In this document: piece after piece, positions 1-11,287 of the stretch | Layout: every line of letters starts with the position of its first letter | Position numbering within the stretch: position 1 is the first letter of the stretch | DNA from: Oikopleura dioica | Taxonomy: Eukaryota; Animalia; Chordata | DNA length: 64,000 nucleotides | Direction of reading: 5' to 3' | Assembly: GCA_907165135.1 (NCBI GenBank) | Contig: OU015570.1 | Span: 620,001-684,000, forward strand | Notes under the pieces: generated by a model | The model's database searches: none | What the model saw: the letters and a program-made list of their open reading frames with translations, nothing else | What the model was told of the DNA's origin: nothing | Position numbers and translations under genes: made by a program

Positions 1-331
1 CTCTATCTCTTCTCGCAATTCTTATCCGATTTTTTCAAATTTCGATAGGTCAAAAGTGTTCCGTTAGACCTAAAATTCCGTAGTCTCAGAATTAATTTTA
101 AAGCTTTATGGAATTTTATATGAGCTTTTGAAATGAGAGCTGCACCGTCGTGAGGCGCGCAGCGTGAGAGAAGAAGCGGCGCGGCGTGAAAGCACTTGTT
201 TTGAGAAGCCGTGTGCAACTTTAGGAAGCTTCAAAATTAATTCTGAGACTACGAAATTTTAGGTCTAACGGAGCACTTTCGACCTTTCTAAATTTGAAAA
301 AATCGGATAAGAATTGCGAGAAGAGATAGAG
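1..331. mobile_element. Foldback/MITE-like inverted repeat (left end may extend outside the window)
   Basis: 1-106 is the near-perfect reverse complement of 226-331 (ctctatctcttctcgcaattcttatccg / cggataagaattgcgagaagagatagag), around a ~120-bp spacer. Confidence 0.8.
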
Positions 332-547
332 TTTAACCAACTCATGTCATTTTCTCCGACTTATTCTTTGACGATCTTGCTCATTTTTGATCTGTGGAAA
401 GTAAAGGCTTTAATGATCTGAAATCCGAAAAATTTTTGAAAAAGCTTTATCCGTTCCGATTTAAGGGCATTCTTAAAAGTAGGGCACGGCGGAGCGCTGG
501 GCGAGGAGGCGCCGCGCGCCGATTTCATGTTCTACCCTTAACCATTG

Positions 548-925
548 TTCTTTCGAAAAAGCTCATTAATTATCTTCTTCACGTAATTTTTCTTTGACGT
601 CTTCACTAGAATCTCTTCATATCTTTTTTCTTATGATTTGTCATGTAACATGACTCATGTTTTTCCTCTTTTCAGACATGTTTTTCGAATATAATTTTTA
701 AAATAATGAAAGAAAGAATCACCTTGAGTTCAATTCAAAGGATACATTTGGGAAAACGCCACGATTCATACAATGTTCGGGCGAAAAAATATGCTTTGGA
801 CCTTAATTCATCACTTTTTATCCAAACAAAGGGGAAAATTTGTTGTCATCCGACTCGAGACAAAAATATCCATTTTAACGCCACTTTTGAAATTCGCTGT
901 CATCCAAAAATTGGCCTTAAAATGG
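548..925. repeat. Dispersed repeat family ending in a Tc1-like terminus (...aatgggttttcactg|TA)
   Basis: Aligns by eye with 4157-4428 and partly with 29123-29240. The same terminus recurs near 49250-49266 and, inverted, near 28832. Confidence 0.6.
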
Positions 926-1723
926 GTTTTCACTGTATTATTATAAGCGGAGGTCATCATCAATTGTGGTTTTAGAAAATATTATCATCTTACTCGGAAA
1001 AAAGAAAAATTTGACTTTTAAAAATCATCTTATTCTTAATTTTATTCAATCAAGAATGTCTCAGAAATAATAACCTTAGAGAGATCATCAACGTTGAGAA
1101 AATGTCTTTTTGTTTGGTAGAACCTCTATCTTCTACGATTGAATTCGAATTGGGTGGATAGTGAGGCCAGGGTGAAATCTCTTATCTTGGAATTTTTGAA
1201 ATCTCTCTCCGGGAAAAAACCGAGAAGACCTCCGGCATGCATTCTTTTAAAAAATGTATGAGTCATACAGTATGACCTCGTATTCGCGGTAAAAATCAAA
1301 ACGTTAAATTAAAAAAACATTGTAATACTTTTCAAGACTGAACACGATTGTCTAAATTTAACAAGAATGAAGTTTTTCAAATCGATAAATCGGTTTAAAG
1401 GACAGTTTATCGTTTATACCCCTTGTTTTCAAATTCGTGGCAATTCTTGTGTACAACTCTCCAAAGTCAAATTTTGATTTAAGCGACAATAAAACGGACA
1501 AAAATATATATATGAAGTACATAAAAAATTGTTTTATTGCCCATAAGAGATAGCAGAGTTTAAAATAAGTAAAGCAAATATTTATCGGGGAGTTTCGAGT
1601 TTTTCACATAATGGCTTAAAAAATAACAAACAAACACATGCGACCTAAAGTGATTGGAATATAAGTGGCGCTATGATTCTTCAAAAATAAAAATATATCC
1701 ATTCTTTATGCCAAGAGAGAAAA

Positions 1724-2556
1724 TTGAGAAATAATATCACTATGTTTTCTTTTTCTTTAGTCGGCTCTATTGATTCTTTGGGTTATCGGGAGAGCAAACT
1801 ACTTAACATCCAACCCTTATCCAACACTAGGAATGGTCTTGAGTTTTTGCTTGCTCAACAAAAACGTTATTTGAAGCTATTTGATTCTGCTCTTGCTTTT
1901 TCTGTTGATTTGCCGGATAATTAAATCCCTGACAACGATTTTTGCAATAAACTCTTCGAGAATATTGAGATCGACATTGACCAAGACACCATCTCAAAAC
2001 GAGGTTCCGAATATGACAAGTCAATTAGTAGCTTCTTTATCAACAAGGGGGCGCACTGACAATGTCGTCGAATGTCGTCGAATGTCGTCGTTTTTTCTAA
2101 ACTTCAATAAATAAAAGAAAAACTATTTTTGAAAACAAAGCGTTCTAGAGATTGCAACTAGCCAAACAGTCGGTTGCTCTTAGTAAGAGCGAGAGGTGGG
2201 CCCCGCAAGAAATCAAAAAAGAAGTCGACGGTAATACGCAAAGATGGTTAAGATATGATTGCATCCTTCCCTTTAACCATGGTCTTGCAAGAACAAACGA
2301 GCCTTTTCCGTCGAATGTTGAAGTTCGAATCAAATATCACAGAGCACCTGCAAGCTATTCCCTTCTTAGAATCAAGCCAAATGTAACTGTGCTGGACAAC
2401 CCGGAACTAGAAAATATCGCTAACGATTTCGCCGATAAAGTTGTGCCGATTATCAAACCTGTTTTTCGGGCAATGTTCCTGAAGAATGACGAACAAGACA
2501 ATAAAATGCGAGGATATTTTCAGTATCCTTTCGAGATGTCATACTTAATGTCGTGA
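1724..2556 (+). pseudogene. Polinton/Maverick (adintovirus-like) major capsid protein fossil
   Basis: Reading through the stop at 1922-1924 gives QPLSNTRNGLEFLLAQQKRYLKLFDSAL...PDNDFCNKLFENIEIDIDQDTIS. After an insertion at ~2047-2150 comes LPFNHGLARTNEPFPSNVEVRIKYHRAPASYSLL...QYPF. This motif order resembles Polinton double-jelly-roll capsids (recognised from memory, no search run). Confidence 0.6.
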
Positions 2557-2659
2557 GAAGACCAATTCTGAAAACTAGCGACTCTGCGTCGGAAACCGCT
2601 CCTCGATTTCAGCTAAGGCACGCTGTTTCTCAAGACAGGAAGGAGGCGCCTGGAGGACG

Positions 2660-3530
2660 AACCTGAAATTGTCAACAAGGCCATCACGGCGAGCATGGCC
2701 ATCAAGGCCATCAATTCCCAATTTCATGTTTTTAGAAGTTTTGTAGATTTGGTTGTTGTTGTTTTTATAAGGGCGGTTCTAGAAACGTTCTTGTTCTCAG
2801 ATTATACTGCGTTGCTGATTTATTAACTCAAAAGTTGAATGAAAAATTGCTTCCGCTGTTGTAAAAGACACAGCTTTTCAATTTTTATACTTTTGGAGCA
2901 AAATCGACGATCAGAAAGCAGAAAAGGCGAGTGTGCGCTCCGCGCCTGTCTTAAAGGAAACCCCAGAAGCAAGTTTCTAGAATTGATGGCCTTGATCAGA
3001 GTTCCAAAAACGCAAAATTCTCGCGTGCGCGTGCGTGCGCGTGCGGAGAAATTTAAAATTTCGCGTGCGCGTGCGTGTGCGTGCGGAAACGACTTTCGAA
3101 CACGCGTGCACACGCGTGCGTGATCGTGGGCGTGCGCAAAAAAGGTAGAATTGTCGAATTTTAGCTTATATTAGCCTCTCTAATTTTTTAAATCGTTAAT
3201 TATAAAACAATTATTGCTACAAACAAATCAAAATTGTTTTAAAACATACAAAAACCAAAAATTTTATGTATTTGAATCCACTCTAGAAATTTTTCGGCAA
3301 GAATTACCTAAAAACGATAAATTTTCTAGGATTTTGAGCACGCGCACGATCACGCACGCGTGCGCGATCCAAATCTTCGCGTGCGCGTGCGTGTGCGTGC
3401 GCAACAATTTTCAAAATCCGCGTGCGAGTGCGTGCGCGTGCGCACGCACGCAAACACGCGCACGCGTGCGCACGTACGCACGCGTGTTTTGGAACTCTGG
3501 CCTTGATGGCGTTGTTGACGAATTCAGGTT
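2660..3530. mobile_element. MITE with GATGGCCTT-repeat termini, containing a nested hAT-type MITE
   Basis: aacctgaaattgtcaacaaggccatc at 2660 is inverted at 3500-3530. A third related end lies at ~3570-3626. Confidence 0.55.
2997..3499. mobile_element. hAT-type MITE with internal (CGTGCG)n repeats
   Basis: TIR CAGAGTTCCAAAA; 8-bp TSD GCCTTGAT at 2989-2996 and 3500-3507. Confidence 0.85.
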
Positions 3531-4441
3531 ATGGGGACTTTTGTTGATTTCTAAAATGGTCTCGATGGCCTCGATGGCCCTGATGGCCGTGATGGCCTTG
3601 ATGGCCTTGTTGACAATTTTAGGTTTTCCCCGCCTGGAGCACAATTTCAAAAGTCCTTCTTTGAAGGTTATTTTGGATAATTTGGTTATACGGTGTAACT
3701 TAAACCCGTCGCTGCTGCTGGGGAACATCTTTCCGCAGCTGCTTAGAGTATAGTCCCCGTTCAACGCTTAAGGGTGTCAACAAAGATCGAATAAGGCTCT
3801 GTCTTATGATTCGACCAATTATTAACTTACACAGCTGTGTTGTGTAAATCTGATAGTGGCTCGAAGCCGTTTTATGGTACAGGGGCACGTGCACCCTGGT
3901 ATGACACAGCAAAACGACTGACCTCCTTGCATCGTAAAAAAATCTGAGGAAAAAAAAATTGAAGCTAGTCATTAATTAAAGATTAAGTTAAAAATAATTT
4001 AGTTAACCCTCTGCGTGACGATCAGAACTACGCCTATGCGTGACGCGGGTGCATTCTGTGCACCCGGCCCATCTAGAATATTTTTTTGCTCTTTTTGCAA
4101 TTTTTGTATCATTATATAGGCGTGTATAAACACGCAAACGAATTAACAGACCATTTTTCTATCGAAAAAGCTCAGTAATTGTCTTCTTCACGTCACTATT
4201 CTTTGACGTTTTCACTAGAATCATTTCATATCTTTTTCTTAGCTTTTGTCATGTTTATCTTTTTTGAGACGTGTTTTTCGAATATTATTTTTGAATAAAT
4301 GAAAAAGAATCACCTTCAAAGGACACATTTCAAATGTTGTCATCCGACTCGAGACAAAAATATCCAATTCAAGGCCACTTTTGAAATTCGATGTCATCCG
4401 AAAATCGGCCTTTAAATGGGTTTTCACTGTAAATAAAACTA

Positions 4442-4786
4442 CAGTTTTTTCCTTCTTTGTGGACATTTTCTTCATTTTAAGGGGTATTTGTGGGAACCTT
4501 CTAGAAGGATAATGTACCAATTTTGTGGAAATTCATCCAGCCGATAAAAATCGAGTTAAATTTCAAGAGGAAGAAATAGGGTGGTTTTCGAAAACGAGGA
4601 TGTTGTCGATAAAAAATCAAAGGCTTATAAAGTAAAATTGACCAAAAATGGAAAAACAGGCAAAAAAAGGCGTTTCGATAACGAAATTTTCCATTTTTCA
4701 AAGAAGACAGAATTTGAAGGCCCTACGGCGGGAAATTTTTTTCAAGACTCTTGCCAAAAAATGTCCATAAAAGAGGAAAATAACTG
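4442..4786. mobile_element. Tc1/mariner-type MITE
   Basis: TA TSD; imperfect TIR CAGTT(A)TTTTCCTCTTT(T)TGGACATTTT; same family as 9267-9683. Confidence 0.75.
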
Positions 4787-5387
4787 TATAGGTTTTTTTT
4801 TATTGTATATTACTATTAATAGGTACTGAAAAAACCTCCTTCTTGTTCAAGAACATTCATCAAAGTTCTTAAACATTCTCTTCATTCTCTCTTATTCTTG
4901 AATATTCCAGAACATTCGAGAATATTCTATTTCGCCATATTTACTATTATTTTACCTTCGTGAACATTCTAGAAGCTTCGAAAGAAGAATCTCGAACATT
5001 TCAGAAGGACTGAACTGACTATTTAAGCTGCTACATTTCAGGGAATAAATCACTCCTTCTAGATACAGTTAGAAGTGCAAACCAAAACTAAGTTTTTACC
5101 TTTTAATTGTAGAGAGATGAGAGCAGATAAATCTCAACTCACTGATAACTTCTGACAAATGTTTCTATTCAAATACACCCCGGTAGGAAACACCCTTTGG
5201 GTCGAACCTCGGTGCCTTTTTTGTGTAAGTCACCTGCAAGTCGAACATTCTAGACTAGATTGTCTTAAAGTTGACCTCTGATACTAAAAGATTCGTTGTT
5301 TTATTCCGGGGACGCGTTTTGGCACAATATTGTCTTCATCAGCCCTAGTACAGAAATTAATTTTACAGCTCAGAAAAAGGAAGAGAA

Positions 5388-6210
5388 CTCTCACCTAAGA
5401 GTGGACAATTTCGAATGAGAACGATAGTTTAAAACAGAAATGAAAATTAACTTTCGCGGCAGGCGAATGAAGCGCCAGAGAAAGCGAATTTCAAATGCTC
5501 CATTACAGAAATTTAACTTCAGCAAAAAAATTCGTGACTGTGATCTCCGACCTACCTTATTATAAAGATCGCATCTTGTTGGAAGCTTTTTCAATTAAGT
5601 TAAACGACCCTAGCTTGAACAAGCAAGTCAGGTTTGCTGAAGTTAAATTTTTGCAATAGACCATTTGAAATTCGTTTTCTCTGGCGCGCCATTCACCTGC
5701 CGCGAAAGCGAATCTCATTTTCTGTTTTTAACTTCTCAATACACGTGGTCGGTAAAACCGACCACGGCGACTTTGGCCCTCAATAACTTCGAAGGTGGTA
5801 ATCCGTTTGACCTGATTTTTGCAATGTGCACTTATATGAACAAACCGAACCACTCTGCGAAGTTTCGTGAAATTTTTCAAGAGGGATGGCGCTTTGCACC
5901 GGATCTCTTTCGAGCTCTTTATCGAAAAATTGGAAGGTTTTTTTTCCTTGATAATAACATGAGTAAATAGCTGAGTGTTCAGGCTTTCTAACAGTAGAGT
6001 TTTGAACTTATTAAATCGACGGAAAAATGAATGAGAGATCAAGATAGTCGGCGCTGTTTTTTACACTCCGAATTTGGCGCGCCGCGCGGGGCTGAATAAT
6101 ACTTGGTGGTCGGTTTTCCCGACCCCGTGTTTTGAGCGCTTAGTCGCCCGCCCGTGTATTGAGAAGTTAACTTTCGTTCTCACTCGAAATTGTCCACTCT
6201 TAGCTGAGAG
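5388..6210. mobile_element. MITE with a nested ~295-bp foldback (about 5433-5727)
   Basis: Outer TIR CTCTCA(C/G)CTAAGAGTGGACAATTTCGA(A/G)TGAGAACGA. Inner ~100-bp inverted arms sit at a TTAA/TA site inside the outer left arm. Confidence 0.7.
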
Positions 6211-6875
6211 TACTCTTTTTTTTTGCCCGTTCCAGAATTTTCCGTTTTGTCAGTACCGTTTATCGATGAGTCACAGTGACGGTGAACAGTTTACCCAGTT
6301 TTGAGAATTCAAAATGACTTTTCTCCCAAAATTTCTTTGGTTTTTTTAACGCTCTTTCAGGAGAAAGAAAAATCAGAGAGAAAATATTTTTTTTCTGTCC
6401 GCAAAATTTGAAACCTCCTTAACAGTGGGTTGCGCAGGTGGTTGCCCCTTCACGATTGCAGCTTTGATTGCCCCTTTGGCAGCGCTTTTTTTATTGTTCC
6501 TTTCTTGACTCGCTCAAAGTGATTGCAGGATTGGTTGACCCTTCGCCAGCTCTTTAAAAGGCAGCTTCCTGCGCAATCGACTATACAAAAACTTATAGTA
6601 TTACGACAAAAAAGATTGTCCAAAAAAAGATATTGAGATTGCGTTTGACATTGCGAAAAAATATAATAACAGGGCAGCGCAATTTATAATAACTGAGTAA
6701 TTTGATGTGTTTCAAAGACAAAAAGACTAAGCTTTTTCATTAATTAAAATTTAATTATTAAATTAATAAACAGCTCTAATTCTCAGTGTTCCAAATTTTG
6801 AGAAAAATCAGTGTCCCCCTGTTTCCCTCTCATTTTTAAAAATGCTGTTTTCCTGTTTTCTGTTTCCCTCATCAG

Positions 6876-7104
6876 TAGGGGAAATCACTAATAATCGAGC
6901 TTTTTTTCTAGCTTAGTAGGGTGGGAGTATAATACAGTTTTAGAATCCCCAGAAGCTGGGGATCATTTTGACTATTGATAGTGGGGGGTCATCTCGAACC
7001 CTGAGGGCATTTAGGCACCTCGAAAGTCCCAAAATTCTAAAACTGTATTATACTCCCACCCTACTAAGCTAGAAAAAAAGCTCGATTATTAGTGATTTCC
7101 CCTA
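6876..7104. mobile_element. hAT-type MITE
   Basis: Perfect 71-bp TIR starting TAGGGGAAATCAC; 8-bp TSD CTCATCAG at 6868-6875 and 7105-7112. Confidence 0.9.
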
Positions 7105-7984
7105 CTCATCAGTTTTACTTCTCAAAATTTTTCGCAATTAAATATTATTCAAAATTGAAAACCGATGAAATTGTTTATTCCGAGAATTCGGGAAGATTTT
7201 CCGTGTAAGTGTGGCTCTCGTCGAGGCTCGAAAAATCGAGCGAAGGACGTCAGTCTTGTAGTTAATGATGTAGGAAAATCAGAAACAATACACGTATATT
7301 TACGAGCTTTTTCTCACGAAGGAACCATCAATTAGAGCCAAAAGTCAAGAGCATTTTTTTTTCACGATATGAATTTGGCGCTCCGCGCGAGGCTTGATAA
7401 TGCATTGACAGCGTTTTTTTATGTTTCCGAAAAGCTGGGGAGCTTATGTTTAGGCATAAGGGGGTGCACAGTGGGAAAATGACCAAAATCGAAAGTATTT
7501 TCAATAGGCTTGAATTTTTTTAAGTAAGTAGAACACCTTCCGTGGATCATTTTTCATAATTACAAGAACTCAAAAAAACATCATCTTTAGCGAAAAAATG
7601 GCGAATTATCCCAAAATTTTTGGTTTTTTCGGATTTTTTCAAAACGGGGGCCAACGGGGGACTAGATAAAACCAGATTTGGATTAAGCAGCTAAAGAGCT
7701 TTCAAATCATACCCAAATCTCATTGTGCACTTTTGTGCAAGAAATTCTAGATCCGATTTTCTGTCGAAACCCTTCACTTTTCGGTCGAGTGGGGTGTTCG
7801 AATCCCGACGATGACATTTTTTTTTCATGACCGTTTTCCACTCTAAATGATAAGAACTGATCATGTGATCCAGCGTGAGTCATATATTGTCCTCCGGAGG
7901 ACTTTGCTGGTGGAAGAATGCTCCTGGAAGAAAAAAAAAATTATTATTATTTTAAAAAATAATGAAAAGTCGGGAACAGTTAGG

Positions 7985-8292
7985 GGAGGGGCCAAGCCGA
8001 CCAGAAGGAGAGGCAAGCCCCGTTTTTTCAATTCAGGCAAGGACAGGACGAAGCCGACCCGAAGGGGAGGCAACGCTCGTTTATTCAATTCAGTCAGGGA
8101 CAGGGCGAAGCCGACCCGAAGGGGAGGAGAGCCTCGTTTGTTCAATTCAGTAAGGGAAGGGACCGAACCAACCCGAAGGGGAGGCAATCCCCATTTATTC
8201 AATTCAGTAAGGGAAGTTGCCAAGCCGACTCGAAGGGTAGACAAGCCCCGTTTGTTCAATTCAGTAAGGGAAGGGACCGAACCGACCCGAAA
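7985..8292 (+). repeat. 57-bp (19-codon) tandem repeat, ~5.5 units, probably protein-coding in origin
   Basis: Units start at 7994, 8051, 8108, 8165, 8222 and 8279 with no indels. The + frame gives KPTRRGGxPRLFNSVRExx, with many synonymous third-position differences. Confidence 0.8.
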
Positions 8293-8392
8293 AGATTTTC
8301 AATCAAAAAAACGGTCACCATGATCTAAACAGAACTTACTTAGTTTAAGAACTGATAACAACTTCGATCATTGAAACAGTCATTCAGCAAAC

Positions 8393-8643
8393 GCTATTGG
8401 AGCTGGAATGACCGGGCTTAACAACTCCAATATGTACAACCTTCAACGTCGAGCGACGCACACGACCATTTTCATTTAACGTATGCTATTGGAGCTGGAA
8501 TAACCGGGCTGAACAACTCCAATGGGTACAACCTTCAACGTCGAGCGACGCACACGACAACTTTCATTCAACGTACGCTATTGGAGCTAGAATAACCGGG
8601 CTGAACAACTCCAATAGGTACAACCTTCAATGTCGAGCGATGC
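8393..8643. repeat. 92-bp tandem repeat, ~2.7 units
   Basis: gctattggagct recurs at 8393, 8485 and 8577. Confidence 0.85.
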
Positions 8644-9266
8644 ATAACCTCGCCTCATTTCCGCCTAGCCTTACAGATTCAAAACACCAAGATGCACGGA
8701 TCGCTATGCTTTACGTCCAATACTCCTCAGAGGTGACCCACTCGGATTCACCTGCAACCACAAAGTAAACGCGCCGGAGCCAATTTTCGCCGTTTCTCCC
8801 TAATCCGTTTGGATCAAGCGAAGTAAGCTATAAACATTGTATGCCATCCAGCTTCAGAGTGGGGGGGGGGTGCCCTATGTATGTCGTGAAAACGGTTCGA
8901 GGGTTAAATTTTTTTTCGATTTTTTTTCAAAATTTTTTCTAAGTATGAGAAATTTCCTGCCGTGCCGATTTTTTTTTTCGTCAAATTTTTTTCTAAGTGT
9001 CAAATAATTGAAAGGTGATCACTTTCTACACCTGAACTATGCGGACACGTTCAACTTTTTTCAAATTCGATGACTACGATGGGAGTTTTCGGGTGTACGG
9101 AGTATTCAGCCCCCCTTATAACTTCTCGATTTTGATACCCTGTACCCGTAGTCTAAAAACTAAAATTGGCCGTTTTTTGGCACTTCAAGGCCGATTTTAA
9201 CCCCTTTCCGATTGAGATGAGAGGTTCATGTAATGGAACAAAATGTTCCTCATACACTAATTAATA

Positions 9267-9683
9267 CAGTTCTTTTCCTCTTTTGTGGACATTTTTTGTC
9301 CCAAAATTTTCGAAAAATGTCCAAAAACTTGGGCAACGTCTTCCGAAAAAATGTCCCATCGAAATCGATTAAAATTTTTTTTCGAGATTTGAGTACGCCG
9401 AATGGTTTTCTAGACTTTGCATTTATGCTCCTGAAAGACTGACAAAGGCCCCTTTGTCTCTAGTTCAACCTTTAATTTTGTTTTTTTTTTCGTAAACAAT
9501 GAACAACTCGATCTTGATTAGCTAGAATTAATCTCACCACAAAAAAACTATCTTTTTTATTTCTTTCCGCGAAAAAATGTCCACAAACTTGGAACAGCAT
9601 CTTTTATAAAGTGTCCCACTTAAAGGCCTTAAAATGGAAAAAATGTCCACAAACTTGGGGTCCACAAAAGAGGAAAAAAACTG
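9267..9683. mobile_element. Tc1/mariner-type MITE
   Basis: TA TSD at 9265-9266 and 9684-9685; TIR CAGTT(C/T)TTTTCCTCTTTTGTGGAC. Confidence 0.8.
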
Positions 9684-9992
9684 TATTTATATTAGGTCGA
9701 AACATGTGATATCACGAGTTTTTTCGACACGAATTTTTAAGCGTGGAGCCTACCCATAGATCAGGGATCATCCTTCGGAGGCATAAGGGGGGGGTCGACT
9801 CAAGCTGTTGCTTTGCGAGCCGCCGTCGGTGGTGCGCAGATAGCTGCTGCTTATCTAAAAGCTCTCGGAACTATGCCATCTAAGGAGCCTTTTCCACAGA
9901 CACCCTAACGGGAGCTATGTGAGCACGATAATTTTCATTTCACGAAAATTGAACCGAATTTTCTGATTTTCGCTGTTATGGCTTCTTATTAA

Positions 9993-10534
9993 CCGCGTGG
10001 GACGAATTGTACATTTCAATGTAGTTTAAGACTTTGCAGTGCCCTAGCTCAAAAACTACTGATCGTATGAATCTGAAAATTGAAATGCGCCTTAGCACAA
10101 CCTTATTCTCTCGTTCTTTCAAATTTCAGCGAATTATCGCGCACCACCAGCGCTCTGCGCCGGATTAAGTCTGACCTACTTCGCGCCGCGCTCTTTCTCT
10201 CACTCATAACTCTCGTTTCAGTTGGGTATTTTTATTATTTTCAAAGTGAAAATATAGGTTTTCAATACCGGAGATTTCAAATTTTGAATAATATTTGCAA
10301 AAAATCATTGCACAATCACTGCACTCGGTCAAAATGAGAGCTACAAGTAATATGAAAATGATTTTGTTTCGGAAATTTAAGTTGAAATTATTAAAGCTCA
10401 TATTCGAATTAGTATTGTCTGTAAATTTGCCGAGAATCGGATGGGCGAGTCGCGAGTTATTCAAGTTTTCGCTTAAACTACAATGAAATGTACAATTCGT
10501 CCCGCGCTAATACGCGCGGATTCGTCCCACGCGG
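9993..10534. mobile_element. piggyBac-type MITE
   Basis: TTAA TSD on both sides; 14-bp TIR CCGCGTGGGACGAA plus a subterminal inverted repeat. Confidence 0.8.
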
Positions 10535-11287
10535 TTAAGATGTTCTAGAAAAAAAATGCTAATTTTTGAAATCCACAAAATTATGATTATTTGGTCGTTA
10601 CTTCTTTGCGTATTCTTCACTTGCTATAAACTTTTTTGGGCACAAAATTGCCTCAGGGCATTGCCATCAAGGGATCATATAAAAGATTAAAAAGATAAAA
10701 ACCAACCAAAAATTGGAAGAAACATATTTTTTTTTCTTTTTATTGATCATCCACAATCTTAATGACGTCATCAGACTTGGGCACACACAAGTGCCTTAGG
10801 GCAATACAAAAAGCAAACAGTTTATGATCGTCAAAGCTTGTTTGAGAATAATTTTTTTTGCTTTTTTTTCAATTTCTGATATTTTCTGATGATTTTTGAT
10901 GAGTCATGATGTATCTTGATGGCGACAAATATATTGACGATTATTCTTATGTAACACTTTAATAAGAAGCAGTTGTAAAAGATTTTTGACAGTGAAATTT
11001 TCGATTTCTCTATTTTTTATTTTTTCGCTCTGATGGATACGGATGGATCCGGATGGAGTTTTTATGACGATTTTAATGATCAGTGATCATCAGCGATCAA
11101 TTTCATGCATAAAAACCCTAATATAAATCGGGTTTGAGAAAAATCATATTTTGACCTCATGTGACCTCAAGTGACCTTTGATGACCCCAAATCACATGTT
11201 TAAACGATCAGTGGATCATAGGCTTTCCATCGTTGTTTGATTTATCCCTATAAAAGGTTCACAAAAAAATCGATTTTCCCACTGTTC

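Noticed and set aside
2823-3753. Track ORFs over the (CGTGCG)n and GATGGCC repeats, and similar short ORFs at 5391-6304, 23143-23990, 27022-27753 and 62371-63923
   Set aside because: They are by-products of low-complexity or palindromic MITE sequence.
3816-3932. THAP-like start (CCVIPGC) on the minus strand
   Set aside because: The remaining THAP residues are absent and the frame closes after ~36 codons.
4830-5160. Possible solo LTR (gaacattctaga repeats, TATA-like and AATAAA signals)
   Set aside because: No matching TG...CA ends with a TSD and no second copy in the window.
7467-7473. RAG/Transib heptamer CACAGTG as a Transib terminus
   Set aside because: The inverted repeat extends 7 bp further out to GGGGGTG and the TSD is 9 bp, not 5 bp.
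7861-8259. Leucine-rich-repeat protein on the minus strand (SLTELNKRG...)
   Set aside because: It does not fit the LxxLxLxxN pattern, and the synonymous variation favours the plus frame.
8395-8425. Rossmann-like IGAG(M/I)TGL motif in the 92-bp repeat
   Set aside because: The unit length is not a multiple of 3, stops follow, and there is no further dinucleotide-binding fold sequence.
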